Source: Octopus vulgaris
Lineage: Eukaryota
Assembly (NCBI GenBank): GCA_951406725.2
Contig: OX597837.1
Span: forward strand, 42,966,001-43,030,000
DNA: 64,000 nt
Direction: 5' to 3'
Shown here: piece by piece, positions 42,236 to 57,345 of the stretch
Layout: every line of letters begins with the position of its first letter
Position numbering within the stretch: the stretch's first letter is position 1
The notes under the pieces: model-generated
Databases searched by the model: none
Told to the model about the DNA's origin: nothing
The model's input: only the letters and a program-made list of their open reading frames with translations
Program-made: the position numbers and the translations under genes

Positions 42236-42460
42236 ATAATACAAAATACACATTAAGTGAAAACTAAATACAACACTTTAAACTATATACATTAAATCAG
42301 ATTATTAATTAATTTATTTATTTAATAAATATCCAAATAAATTCCAATACTGATGAAGCAATTAATACTAAAAACCTTAATATTAATTAATATACGCACA
42401 TTTTCTATATATATGATTAATATACGTCGCATTTAACATGAGTGCGTTCGCACGTTCGTT
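41738..42460 (-). mobile_element. PLE pLTR fragment bounded by (TA)n (upper boundary uncertain)
   Basis: Contains a hammerhead at 41996-42099; terminal part homologous to the fold-backs at 4893 and 14430. Confidence 0.7.
41996..42099 (-). ncRNA. Minimal type I hammerhead ribozyme, long stem II
   Basis: taac-CUGACGA-gtgactatatttaa...ttaaatatagccac-GAAA-c(acgt)g-UC-gtta; all core residues present, palindromic loop III. Confidence 0.8.
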
Positions 42461-43511
42461 ACCTACGTTAGGCCAATGACTGATAAGTATATGTGTGCGA
42501 CAGTGTATGTGTCTGTCACTATACATACATTATTGTGACGCCCGACAGACACAGGGACAGAGATAGGCTTCAGGTGTTCGTTAATGCATGTGTGTGTGTG
42601 TGTGTGTGTGTATGTGTGTCTTAGTTTATGCATGTAACTTTCTCCCGCCCAACAGTGAAACGCGCTGATATTGAAAGTCTAGTTGCCTCTTGGACTTGAA
42701 ACGAACACCAGCGTCCACTTTGAAGTACTACCAGCATGAAGATTTGGCAGATTTAACACCACTCACAATACTCGTAAATATATCTGAAAAAATGTTATTC
42801 TGGTTATTATAACAAATTCGGAAACTTGGCAAAGTAGAAAGCCTTAGCAGCTCTTTCAGTATAATTACAGAAATGTTATTCCACTCCTTCTAACCTGTTT
42901 CAAGATAATTTTTTAACAGTCCTCCCAAGCTTCTCCACCACTGTGAGTATCGACGTCACAAAACCTTTTTACTGCGTTAGTCAGAATTTATTCTACAGCC
43001 TATAACGTTACACAGTTTAAAAAAATATGTAGTAATGTCAAATCAATTTATATTTCGCTACATTCATCCTTCAGCAAATATTTTAAATTAACGTTACAAC
43101 AACAGCATCTTCCTTTTTATCCACTTGGTTCAGCGTTCGTTTCAAAATTGTAAAATAAATTATTTTTGTATGAAAAATTGAATTATGCCTTCTGAATTTT
43201 TTTGGGCTTTCACTTTCTTCACCGTCATATTCAATCTTGAATTTTATAGCATTTAGTACATGTTCCAAAAAATGTTGATTTTCTGTATTTTGTTACAAAG
43301 GTGACGCATACTATTGCTAAATTGGTGACTTCCCATTTTTATAGCATAACTATGCTACAGAAAGTATGTTATGCACGTATATTGACTACATTTCGTGTCA
43401 CTTGAACTTCGTATGTGTACATTTTGCTGTTTTCAATATTATCAATTCTATGAGTATATTTCTGCGTTCCTTACGTCTATCGTAAACTATAATAAAGAAC
43501 ATTTTATGCTG

Positions 43512-43765
43512 TTTTAGTAAGCCTACGTCTAATGAAGTAGCCATCCTTATGGTTGGTGATCCCCATGAAAATCCTGATATTATCAATCGTGTTCGACATA
43601 ACAACCTTAAACGTGTTTCACAGACTCATCCCTCTTATCATGCTCTCTGGTATATGCTTATTCTGTGAAATGGAGAAGATGGGTATCATCTCAATATTTC
43701 ACAGATTGAACCTGCAACAGGAGAGCCAATTACAAACAAAAAGATGTTCTCAAATGACTTCTAAT
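43512..43765 (+). pseudogene. Helitron RepHel protein fragment
   Basis: PTSNEVAILMVGD...LKRVSQTHPSYHALWYMLIL*NGEDGYHLNI...KKMFSNDF, matching Helitron EVA...SYDxLQYPL...GEDG motifs. Confidence 0.8.
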
Positions 43766-43844
43766 CTTACCAATTGATGTTAAGACCAGAACAGGCAAAT
43801 CAATTACACTCAGATATACAAACCTACCTACCTACCTACCTACC

Positions 43845-44076
43845 TATTTCTATTACTACCCACAAGGGGCTAAGCACAGAGGGGACAAACACGGATAGAC
43901 AAAAGGTTTAAGTCGATTACATCGACCCCAGTGCGTAACTGGTACTTATTTAATCGACCCCGAAAGGATGAAAGGCAAAGTCGACCTCGGCGGAATTTGA
44001 ACTCAGAACGTAACGGCAGACGAAATACGGCTACGCATTTCGCCCGGCGTGCTAACGTTTCTGCCAGCTCGACGCC
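43845..44076 (-). mobile_element. SINE family A inserted in (CTAC)n
   Basis: Full match; ctac repeats on both sides. Confidence 0.92.
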
Positions 44077-44587
44077 TATTTATTTCTCTACCTACCTACC
44101 TACCTACCAACTTACCTACCTACCTACCTATATTCATACATTAATACACCTGAGCATACAGAATTACGAATTACTACTTCCCTATTCCAATATATCTGGA
44201 ATGAAAGAAGAGTATATTATAAATTATATGATGGTTTGGTGTATTAAATAGAATGTGTTCTACGAATACAGAAGATGTGATTTATGTCTTTAGGAGAACA
44301 TAAACATCCTATTGCAATCTTTTGTAATTTTGAGCACAATATCAGAAATGATGAATTCGTGCTGACACTTCTTATTAATTATTGTGAAGTATTGAATTAA
44401 TAAGTAGCTAGATGCTTCTATTTCCTACATCGTGGATTTGGTGATCGCCGAGAGGAGGGCACACATATCAAAACTATTCAAATATTTATGAACTCGAAAA
44501 TTTCATCAAAAAAGTGCTGTTTATCTTACTGACGTGAGCGTACAGGAGATATGAAAATGTCACAGGATTTCGCCGAAGAATATATGA

Positions 44588-44742
44588 GAGTGGCTGTGTG
44601 GTAAGTATTTTGCTAAACAACCACATGGTTCCGGGTTCAGTCCCACAGCGTGGCATCTTGGGCAAGTGTCTTCTGCTATAGCCTCGGGCCGACCAATGCC
44701 TTGTGAGTGGATTTGGTAGACGGAAACTGAAAGAAGCCTGTC

Positions 44743-44806
<64 letters not shown>

Positions 44807-45021
44807 TTGTGTGTCTGTGTTTGTCCCCCTACCATTGCTTGACAACCGATGCTGATGTGTTTACGTCCCCGTCACTTAGCGGTTCGGCAAAAAGAGACCG
44901 TTAGAATAAGTACTGGGCTTACAAAGAATAAGTCCCGGGGTCGATTTGCGCGACTAAAAAAAAGGCGGTGCTCCAGCATGGCCGCAGTCAAATGACTGAA
45001 ACAAGTAAAAGAGTAAAAGAG
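44588..45021 (+). mobile_element. SINE family B, near full length
   Basis: Head, internal (TA)n and tail. Confidence 0.92.
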
Positions 45022-45257
45022 AAATAAAAGAGTAACTGAAAATGTGGCCCTTTTTTCTATTATTGTATTTCGGGAACCAATCATATTACGACACGTGGTG
45101 AGCCTATTATATCTCGATGTGATTTCTAATATCGTTGTTTATATAATGTTACGCTTCATTATTTTCAGCGAGAGAAAAATCCAGGGTAAGTCAAACTCAG
45201 CGAGACGACTAAAGCGTTTCAGCTTTTAGTAATTTGCATATACTTTTACTTTTTTTA

Positions 45258-45460
45258 CTTTTACTTGTTTCAGTCATTTGACTGCGGCTATGCTGGAGCA
45301 CCGCCTTTAAGTCGAGCAAATCGACCTCCCGAGACTTATTCTTTTGTAAACCCAGTATTTAGTCTATCGGTCTCTTTTTGCCGAACCGCTAAGTGACGGG
45401 CACGTAAACACACCAGCATCGGTTGTCAAGCAATGCTAGGGGGACAAACAGACACACAAA

Positions 45461-45525
<65 letters not shown>

Positions 45526-46064
45526 TATGTGAAATAGAAAGATGAATAATCTTGTAGTAGATTAATCAAAAGTTTAACCGATACCTTAGTAGCAAAAATC
45601 ACAGCAGTAAAACAGCTCGGTTGGAGGTACAACCATATGGTGTTGCAACCGTGCGTTGGTGCGGATAATTGAAATTAGAACATTATTGGTGAATTGAAGA
45701 AATGGAGCTGAACGCAGATTGAACAGAAATCGTTTTATTTCATTCTACACGTGTTTCGAAAGGCACAAATTATTCCATCGGATTTTGGTAATTTGTGCCT
45801 TTCGAAACACGTGTAGAATGAAATAAAACGATTTCTGTTCAATCTGCGTTCAGCTCCATTTCTTCAATTCACCAATAATGTTATATATATATATATATAT
45901 AAGACAGGCTTCTTTCAGTTTCCGTCTACCAAATCCACTCACAAGGCTTTGGTCGGCCCGGGGCTATAGCAGAAGACACTTACCCAAGATGCCACGCAGT
46001 GGGACTGAACCCGGAACCATGTGGCTGGTTAGCAAGCTACTTACCACACAGCCACTCCTGCACC
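45258..46064 (-). mobile_element. SINE family B split by a fold-back insertion in its internal microsatellite
   Basis: 3' half 45258-45460, 5' half 45900-46064. Confidence 0.9.
45527..45882 (-). mobile_element. Fold-back PLE mini-element (perfect 94-bp arms 45679-45772 / 45789-45882)
   Basis: 16-nt loop; gaaac-acgt-gta hammerhead 3' half in each arm (45804-45815 on +); TA repeats on both sides. Confidence 0.85.
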
Positions 46065-46215
46065 TATATTTAGAAATAAATGCAATTATTTAAGCATATG
46101 TGTACATAGGTGCGTAACAGACATACACACAAGCACACGTGCCCAGGCATGGTTCTCACCGGAAGGTCGCGGTGTTGTGAAACTCAGGTTATGAGAGAAA
46201 AGGGCAGTTTCAATA

Positions 46216-46362
<147 letters not shown>

Positions 46363-46720
46363 CATCTATCTATCCATCTATCTGTCTGTCTGTCTGTCTG
46401 CTTGCCTGTCTGCGTGCCTGCGTGCCTGCCTGTCTGTCTGTGTGTCTTTCTGCCTGCCTTCCTGCCCTCCTCCCTGCCTGCCTGTCTGTCTGTCCGGGGA
46501 GAGGGAAGGAAGAAAGAGAGTGAGAGAAAGAGGGAAGAAGAGAGGGAGAAACAAACAGTTACAGAGACAGAGTGGATTCGAGAGAGAGAGAGAAGAGAAG
46601 AGAGAAAGGGGAAAGACGAAGAGTAAGAGAGAAAGTGGGGAACTTAGCAGCAGGAGGAAAAGAATGACAGAAGCATTAAACCGACTGAAGTCAAATTAGT
46701 CAGCGACGTATCAGTGACGC

Positions 46721-46817
46721 CAAACAGGCGGCGCCCAAACAGGCGGCGCCCAAACAGGCGGCGCCCAAACAGGCGGCGCCCAAACAGGCGGCGCCCAAAC
46801 AGGCGGCGCCCAAACAG
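46721..46817. repeat. GC-rich 15-bp tandem repeat (caaacaggcggcgcc) x6.5, possibly a MULE/Foldback-type TIR
   Basis: Six identical units plus a partial one, followed by ...gtctcataccc. Confidence 0.9.
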
Positions 46818-47295
46818 CTGTGCCAATTTGTCTCATACCCTGATTTTATACAGCGAAAGAATAAAATAAAGGGGAAAACTAGCCAATAACGCTAGTGTAT
46901 AAGAATCGGAGATTATTTTTTTCACAGTTTCTTTCTAAATGTTGGCTAAATTAATAGATAAATAGCTAGATTATTTCTTTACTAAAAACAAATGATCTTG
47001 CAAGACTAATCTTTTTTAATGGTAATTATTAACAAGCTAAATCATTAATAGCTTGATTATACCTGTAGGAAATAATTGATCTTGTAGGACTAATAGTTTT
47101 GGAGGTACTTATTAATTATCTAATCCTTTAATAGTACTGATAAAAACCTTTTAAGTATAATTACTTAGTTTAATTATCAATGTAGTCAATTATCTTGAAG
47201 ACATCTAAGTTGACAGGAGCAGGTCTGGGAATATAGAGGATAAAGAGCATGTGTGTGTGTGTATGTAGTTATAAGTATATGTATACACATAAATA

Positions 47296-47372
<77 letters not shown>

Positions 47373-47426
47373 TATATATGCACACATACATGTAAATTGT
47401 ATATATATATATATGTGTATGTATAT

Positions 47427-47505
<79 letters not shown>

Positions 47506-47709
47506 GTATATATATATATATGTATGTATATATACATACACACACATATATATATATATATATATACAATTTACATGTATGTGTGCATATATCTGTGTTT
47601 GTACATGTATAAATATATATATGTATATGCATATATATATATGTATATATATATATAGATATATATGTATGTATATATATATATATACATGTGTGTATAT
47701 ATATGTACA

Positions 47710-47753
<44 letters not shown>

Positions 47754-47929
47754 AATATACATACATACACAACAGCATGCGCATACGGACGAGTATGAAT
47801 GCGTGAATACATATGAATGCAATGAGTTTGTGTGTTCATGTGTTAATAGATTTTCTAAAATCTTTGTGTATGTGCATATACAGAAACAAGAGCAAAAATA
47901 GATTTTTGAGATAAAATTTCCATCTACAG

Positions 47930-48077
47930 ACATGGCTGTTTGGTAGGATTGTCGTTTCCTAACCATGTGGATTAAGATTCAGCCCCATCGTATGGCACTT
48001 TGAATGAATGCTTTCTGCTGTATCCTTGGACCTACCGAAGCCCTGTGAGTGAATTTGAAGCTGGAAAATGAAAGCTC

Positions 48078-48151
<74 letters not shown>

Positions 48152-48715
48152 CATTCCATGGACAAGAAGCCTTTTTACCATTTCTATCATTGGATAATGG
48201 AACAGTAAGTTTAACATCCAGCATATATCTTCATTTTTATTCTTATATTTCCCTTTATACTTCCCGTATCACTCCATTTCCAAAATAACTTCTTATATTG
48301 AACTCTACTATTTTCTTCTATTTAACTCTCTCATATCGTCTCTGATGATGGGATATCTTTTATATGCCTGAAACAGTTGTAAGACTACCTTTCTCTTTAT
48401 AAAATGTCCGAGAAATTTCACACTGCCTTGGCTTTGTTGTCTCATTTTATGTAACCTATACATAAATACATACATACATACATACATATATATTTTTATG
48501 TGTGTACCTGTGTATGTCTTTGTATTTGTGTCGCTTGACAACCGGTATTGGTTTGTTTTGCATCACCATAACTTAGCGGTTCGGCAAAAGAGACCGTTAG
48601 AATAAGTACGTAGCTTTAAAATTTAGGCACTACAGTCTATTTTTTCGACTAAAAGCCTTCAAGAAGGTGCCTCAGTATGGCGGTTGAACAATGACTGCAA
48701 CAAGTAAAAGATAAA
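47930..48715 (+). mobile_element. Diverged SINE family B split by a PLE fragment (~48150-48460)
   Basis: Head 47930-48080, tail 48500-48715. Confidence 0.78.
48338..48385 (+). ncRNA. Minimal type I hammerhead ribozyme
   Basis: gtct-CUGAUGA-u-gggatat(ctttt)atatgcct-GAAA-c(agtt)g-UA-agac; stem I gtct/agac; predicted cleavage after 48381. Confidence 0.8.
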
Positions 48716-49313
48716 AACAAAAAAAAAAAAAAGAATGATATCTACGAAAATTCTATGATCCTGGTGATCTCACAACTGAAAATTAATAGCGAAGAAATCT
48801 GACGGGGATTCCCATTTTGGGTATTTATCTAAACCTTTTCCGTTGCAGAATTCGAGCCGGTCATTAACTAGTTGGCAAGGCCTTTTTAGATCTTAAAAAA
48901 AAAAAATTTCCCGGCCACCAAAATTTTTCAAATTTTCTACACTGTCTTAGTTTTCCATGACGATGACGAAAATCACATTGATTCTCTCCGGAAATTAATA
49001 ATAAGGGAGTTACAAGATGTTTAATTTATGTAATTTCAGCTAATCGGCAACATCCATTGTCGACATAACGGAAGTAGCAACTGTCAGTTTCTAAAACACT
49101 TCAATCTGATTTTCATCATGAGCACGGAAAATTATAGTGTACAAAATCTGAAAAAACTCTGAATCAGTTATTTGAAAAAAAATGTGGTGTTTGGCAAAAA
49201 AATCTTAAAGGTTCGTTCTTTTGTTTCAATCAGTATAATTCATGGAGCTTGTGGTTTCCCGAAATTGATTGGTGTATGCGTGTATGTGTCTTTTTGTTGT
49301 ATATATATATATG

Positions 49314-49436
<123 letters not shown>

Positions 49437-49699
49437 AAATAAACTTTCACTTGTGAAATGAATAAAAGAATATAATCAATCGTATCAAGACAATGCAAAT
49501 CAGTTTGCTGCGTTCTTGTTCTGAAGAATCCCAGCATTTCTCGGCATTTGTACCCTTCTTTTGTTAAGTAACCCACTGTACTTATAATGAGAGGAAGAAT
49601 TGAAAATATTTGGCCTGTATGTATGTATGTATGTATGTATGTATGTATGTATGTATGTATGTATGTATGTATGTATGTATGTATCTATCTATCTGTCTG

Positions 49700-49772
<73 letters not shown>

Positions 49773-49777
49773 TGTGA

Positions 49778-50092
49778 GCGCGCGTGGCTTAGTGGTTAGG
49801 GCATTCGGCTCATGATCGTAAGGTTGTGAGTTCGATTCCCGGCGACGCGTTGTGTCCTTGAGCAAGACACTTTATTTCACGTTGCTCCAGTCCACTCAGC
49901 TGGCAAAAATGAGTTGTACTTGTATTTCAAAGGGTCAGCCTTGTCACTCTCTGTGTCACGCTGATTATCCCCGAGAACTACGTTAAGGGTACACGTGTCT
50001 GTGGAATGCTCATCCATTTGCACGTTAATTTCACGAGCAAGCTGTTCCGTTGATCGTTTCAGCTGGGACCCTCGTCGTCGTAACCGGCGGAG
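49778..50092 (+). mobile_element. tRNA-derived SINE family C, full length, inside a (TCTA)n array
   Basis: gcgcgtggcttagtggttagggc...gagttcgattcccggc (Pol III A/B boxes), then tgtgtccttgagcaagacact. Confidence 0.9.
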
Positions 50093-50102
50093 TCTTTTTT
50101 TT

Positions 50103-50577
<475 letters not shown>

Positions 50578-50927
50578 TGTGTTATTTTACAAATGAACAA
50601 CTAGAAGGAGCGCAGTATTGAAATAATTTTAGATATGAAAATAACGGTTTGGTTCAATAATTTTTTAAAACGACATTTTGTTTCTTTTTTGAAACTGCAA
50701 TTTATGTGGTTCCACCAAATAAATTGTCATCGGCCTCTTACTTTGCAAGTAGAGTTTGTAGAAAAATATTAAATTTAATTATTTGTGGAATTTGAAATGT
50801 GAGTCTAAAATCTTTTTTTGCTTGTACTAGTTGGAATTAATTTGTAATTCATAGATCTTTTACAACATCACGTGACCTGTGATAAAATATAAATATGAAA
50901 TCGGCTATGCAGAATATTTATAGGGGC

Positions 50928-50963
<36 letters not shown>

Positions 50964-51068
50964 CATGCAAATATATGTATACACGTATGTATACATTATA
51001 TGTAGTTGAAATTTATAGAAAAACAAAAGATGAAGACATGAGTATGAACAAGCCGGTGTATGCATATA

Positions 51069-51168
<100 letters not shown>

Positions 51169-51182
51169 CATATATACTTATG

Positions 51183-51213
<31 letters not shown>

Positions 51214-51295
51214 TATGTGTGCATATATATATATATATAAATATATATGCATATATGTATGTATGTATATATATATATATCCATGCATACATACA

Positions 51296-51326
<31 letters not shown>

Positions 51327-51723
51327 GTATATATATATATATATATATCTGACAAGAGAGAGAGAGAGAGAGAGAGAATAGTTGTAATTAATAAATTGTT
51401 TCGGCTATGTACCGATATAAAATAATTTTCAAAACAACGAGAAAAGGTACTTGGATCAATTGATAATTAATATTTGCTAATTAAATGAAATTGTAAATTA
51501 CATTGTCTTATTCTATCATCATTATAAATAAGCAAAATATAGTTCCCTAATTCCATAAATCTTGCTGCATTTTTCGATGAATGTGAAAGATCATTGTTGT
51601 TAAATCGATCAATATTAATCTATCATGTACTCTTAATTGATGACCGTGCAACAAATTTATTTTAATGTCTAAAATAATTTCAATACCTTGCTTCTATTCG
51701 TTCATTTGTAAACTAATACACAC

Positions 51724-51805
<82 letters not shown>

Positions 51806-51849
51806 GTATATATTATATGTATATATATATATATATGTATATATATATG

Positions 51850-51906
<57 letters not shown>

Positions 51907-51934
51907 TATATTATATATGTATATATATATATAT

Positions 51935-51965
<31 letters not shown>

Positions 51966-53231
51966 ATGTATATGTATATATATATATGTATAATCAATCA
52001 TTCTTTAACATATTTAGATTTTCGAATGTAATTGGAATTTCGTATAACTCTCTTTTGTCACGTGATACTCATAAGAATCAGTATGTGACCATATTTGGAG
52101 AAGCAAATGGTAGTTTTCCTTTTAAGGTTATGTCTTATATTTTTTGTTTACTCCCTCGTTTGTTGTTTTACAATTACTACATGTGTAAGAATACGACCAA
52201 ATATTTTGCAACTTCCATTTGCCTTTCAAAGAATATTAAAGACAACTCGAAGCAGGTGTACAACATTAGGACCCACGTGTGTATGTATGTATGTATTTAT
52301 GTATGTATGTATGTATTTATGTATGTATGTATGTATGTATGTATGTATGTATGTATGTATGTACGTACGTTCGTATGTATGCATGTATATTTGTATGTAC
52401 GCACTTAACAACATACGTAATTACATACGTACATATGTATATATTTATTTATCCATCTTTTTGTCTACCCATCCATGCATCCATCCACTCACCCACCAAC
52501 CCATCACTCTCTCTCTCTCTATCTCTCTATCTCTCTATCTACCTACCTATCTATCACATACATACACACCCGCACACACGCACACACACACACAGACACA
52601 CACAGATACACACACAGACACACATACACATACATACACACACACATATATGTATTGATTGATTGATTGATTGATTCCAGTTCCAGCCTATGAGCTGTGG
52701 CCATGCTGGGGCACCGCCATTTTGTGTTGCTACTTGGTTTCACTTCATGGAGGCTTTCTAGCAACTGCTATTTGGTGCATGAGAGAGTCGTGCAGCTGCC
52801 CTCACACAGACACACACACAGACACACATACACATACATACACACACACATATATGCCTTCTGGCATTTGTATATATATATGTATTTATATTTAAGTCAC
52901 AATATATGGATCCAAGTAATCCGGTGGTACTCCTTAATACATCCGTTCAACAAAACAAATCGAATGTATAGTCCCCATACAAAAAAGAAACGTAGCATGA
53001 ATTCTTCCTTATTTCGAAAGATTCTTCTACATTTTTAATTCATGTAGATATGTAAGTAATTTATTTATTATTAAATATAATAATATATATTATTCACATA
53101 TTTTTAAGTTACCAAAGAATTTTCGTTATATCTGAATTTTCTTATTAAATAAATTTTCATCAAACCATTTCACTGTCATTGATGAATATATATATATATA
53201 TATATATATACATATTTACATATATATATAC

Positions 53232-53266
<35 letters not shown>

Positions 53267-53331
53267 CATATGTATATATATATGCACATATATATATACA
53301 TATATATATATATATACACACATATATATAT

Positions 53332-53366
<35 letters not shown>

Positions 53367-53470
53367 CATACATACACACACACGCACACACACACATATA
53401 TATATACATACATGTTTTTAAGTTACAAAAGAAGTTTTTCTATTTGAATTTTCTTATTAAATAAATCATG

Positions 53471-53537
<67 letters not shown>

Positions 53538-54148
53538 CAGGGAAAGAGGAAAGCACTCTGCGACCTTCGAATATGCTCCGGATTGACAAGTACCATATTT
53601 TGAATTTTATATTAAAAAAAACAAAGGTTGACTTTATTTCTTTTACAAAAAACAAATTTACGTCCATCAGTCAATCGAAACGTATTACGAATGAACATAA
53701 TTAATTTTATGGGCCACTGAAAGAAATCCGTTTAACGACTCCAAGAAAGCTGTAAAATCCATTAGGAATTATTAAAAATCAATCTTGTTTGGCCTACTTC
53801 TCTTTGTAAAATAATTTGACTTCGCTGATTCAATAATCTCGTTGAACGAAAAAAGTTTCTGCCATAGCAACATCGGAGCGAAATATATAAATTTTTTTGC
53901 TTTGTTGCAAAAGTATTGTTAACTGAACTCGTTGAATTAACCCTTTACAAGAAGCCCTATAAGTAATTTTGCAATAAAGCTATAGTCATTTCGCTTTCCA
54001 ACGACTGTAAACCATTTTTATCTTGGGAGTTTGAAGAATAAAAAAAAAGAGAACTAACCTCCATTATTATTAAGATGTATTAAGCATTATATGGGAGTGA
54101 ATATTAAATCGGAAACGTGCTTGCGTACAAATATCCTGTCGGTTTGAA

Positions 54149-54657
<509 letters not shown>

Positions 54658-56384
54658 TTCTTTTTTATGCCGAGTTTATAATGAAATCAATTTGACATTA
54701 AATTGAAGAATTACTCATTATTTTATGCAGAGCACATATTTATTTATTGTATTTTTTACAAGAGAGGTGACAGCAGTTACTTTGATGTTTCGGTCTGCTA
54801 GTCTTCATTCGACGTGGGGCAGTAGGCGGAATGATCGATATGACTGTCAACCCGCCTCTCGTAAAAGTACAATATACACATACATGTACACATATATTTA
54901 TTATTCGTTATCAAGAATTATATTGATAGTGACTTCGAAGCGTCGCCTCACCTAGCCGCCTCACCGGGACTGCAGTATATTGGAGTCCCCCGTGACTTTA
55001 TGTAGTCTCAGTTAAGCTGATATTTTCTAGCTGAGGTGGAGCTTTCTTGAATTATAATTAGGTTGCAGGGTAAGTTGTGATTGAAAGGTTTCATGAAAGA
55101 TTTTTAAATTTGGAGTTGTGTTATTGCCCAGAACACAGTCATGCAAGCAGAACATTGTGATCAGTTGTGTCTGTTAGCTGAGTTAGTTTCAGGTCTTGGA
55201 GTCGTTTCCAGCTCCAAGAATATAATTTATATCACTAGGGTTAGTTGTTGGTTTTATTTGGACAGTAGGGGAGATTCAACATTTTGTATCTGGAATATGA
55301 AGGTTAATGTCCAGAGTTCAATCAAGTATTTAAATCTTTGTAGCTAAATGTGTCTATTTAGGTGTGTCAGTTTTAGGTCATGGAATTTCTAAGCGTTGAC
55401 CAAAGAATAAGCAGGCAGAAAAGTATGTTAGTCAGCAAATTTCTTTACTTGGGTGTTATTTAGGAGACTTTATCTATTTATTTTGAAATACTTGGGGTTA
55501 TCAGTCAAGTGTATGATATTCTGTGATTAGTTGGCTTGATTTAGGTGAGTCAGCTTTAGGTCATTGTGTAGTTAAATTTATTTACCTGGTGTTTTAATGT
55601 TCACAGATGTAGAAAGGTGTAAAAGTTAGCTGGTCTCTCTGGAATTTAATTGTTCCAGATGTTATTTGTTTATTGTTTATAAACAAATTTAACATTTGTG
55701 TTTTAGGACGCAAAGCTGTGTATTTATAAATATCTCTTCTTTTCAGGTGTTGATATTTTTATATTTTATTTTGCACCTATGAATATACGCAAAAGTGGGG
55801 CGTTATAAAAATATGTGCATAGAAATAAGTATAAACATCTAAAAACACAAAAATAAACTGCTTTTATCCTTGTGTATATGCGTGTATGTATGTGTACGAA
55901 TCTATGTGTATGCACTTAGATTAGAAAATAATTTAAGAGTGTTTTGACTGAAAGATGGAGACCTTTTAATTAATATCTAATTACTTATTTAATGTAAAAC
56001 TGTAATGTTAGGGTTTAGTATGTTATGAAGTAAGTTTGTAGTGAAGCACGAGGAGATAAAATTAGTTGAGATATTTTCATGTTTAACCGTTGGAAAATAC
56101 TATTCGTTTGTAATGCGTCGCGTTTAGAAGATCTTGTGTTTTCAGGAAAAGAAAAATTCAGTATTTTGGTCTAGAATTTGATTCTATATATGAGAATGTA
56201 GTACAAAGTTGGCAGGATTTGTTGTTACATTGTTGTGCGTGTGACATTATTTTCCAATGAATACTAAACAGTGAATTATTTTCATGTTAATGCCCATATA
56301 TATTTGGTTCATTTTTCCTATTTGGGTTGCGAAAAGTATATGTGTGTTGATTGTATAACATCTTGAACTGGTTAGCTGTAGGTC

Positions 56385-56495
<111 letters not shown>

Positions 56496-56753
56496 CATAT
56501 GAGGTCATGTTGATGAAAAGGGGAACGACATACAATGAACTTCATTATTTCACAGCATTTTCTGCTATAAATTGCAATGCACTCATTCTCGAATGTATTG
56601 CACCTTATAGCAGAAACAACTGTAAGACAACGAAGTTCATTCCAAAATTTCTTCTCCCATTGCCATTTATATAAACTCTTATTATCCTCTGAACTCCACT
56701 AACGCTCTTCTCTGCAGTATATATACCTCGAATTCTAACATCAGGTTATAAGT

Positions 56754-56801
<48 letters not shown>

Positions 56802-57303
56802 GTATACAAACACAGGGATATATATCGGGAAAAGTAATAATAAAGGGTTGAAAATGCATTAAAATTCGTATATATTAGAATAAATAAAGTTATATTTTTT
56901 CGTCATAAGAGGTAAATGTTGCTATTATATATTGAAACATAAGGAAATAAAGATACAGAATTATGTTTTCAGATATCAAACGTTTATATAAAAAAGTTCT
57001 GCTGTAAAAATATTAGTGTATATTTTAACAAGGTGATTTTCACATGCAAACGCACACATGTACACACACACACATACACATATATACACATATGTGCACA
57101 CACGCACACACAAAAACGGTAGGGGAGAAAATCATATTTTACGGAAAAGTTTTTCGAATCGAGATAAGCATTTTCGTAAACAAAATTTTCGAATAAAATC
57201 ATTTGCTGAATAAAATTTTAGTGCATGTTGTAACCAAAACATATTTTGTTTAAATAAAAATGCAACAGATACACACACACATATATACACACACATACAC
57301 ATG

Positions 57304-57345
<42 letters not shown>

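Noticed and set aside
42700-43300. Possible further Helitron helicase remnant on the minus strand
   Set aside because: Similarity too weak to call by eye.
46721-46817. CRISPR-like array or RRLFG repeat peptide
   Set aside because: Contiguous units with no spacers, no cas genes, eukaryotic context.
49778-49850. tRNA gene
   Set aside because: Has A/B boxes but runs into a multicopy SINE body and lacks a proper acceptor stem; the same applies at 58490-58566.
55000-55700. Strand-skewed stretch resembling an old LINE
   Set aside because: No recognisable motif in any frame I could read.
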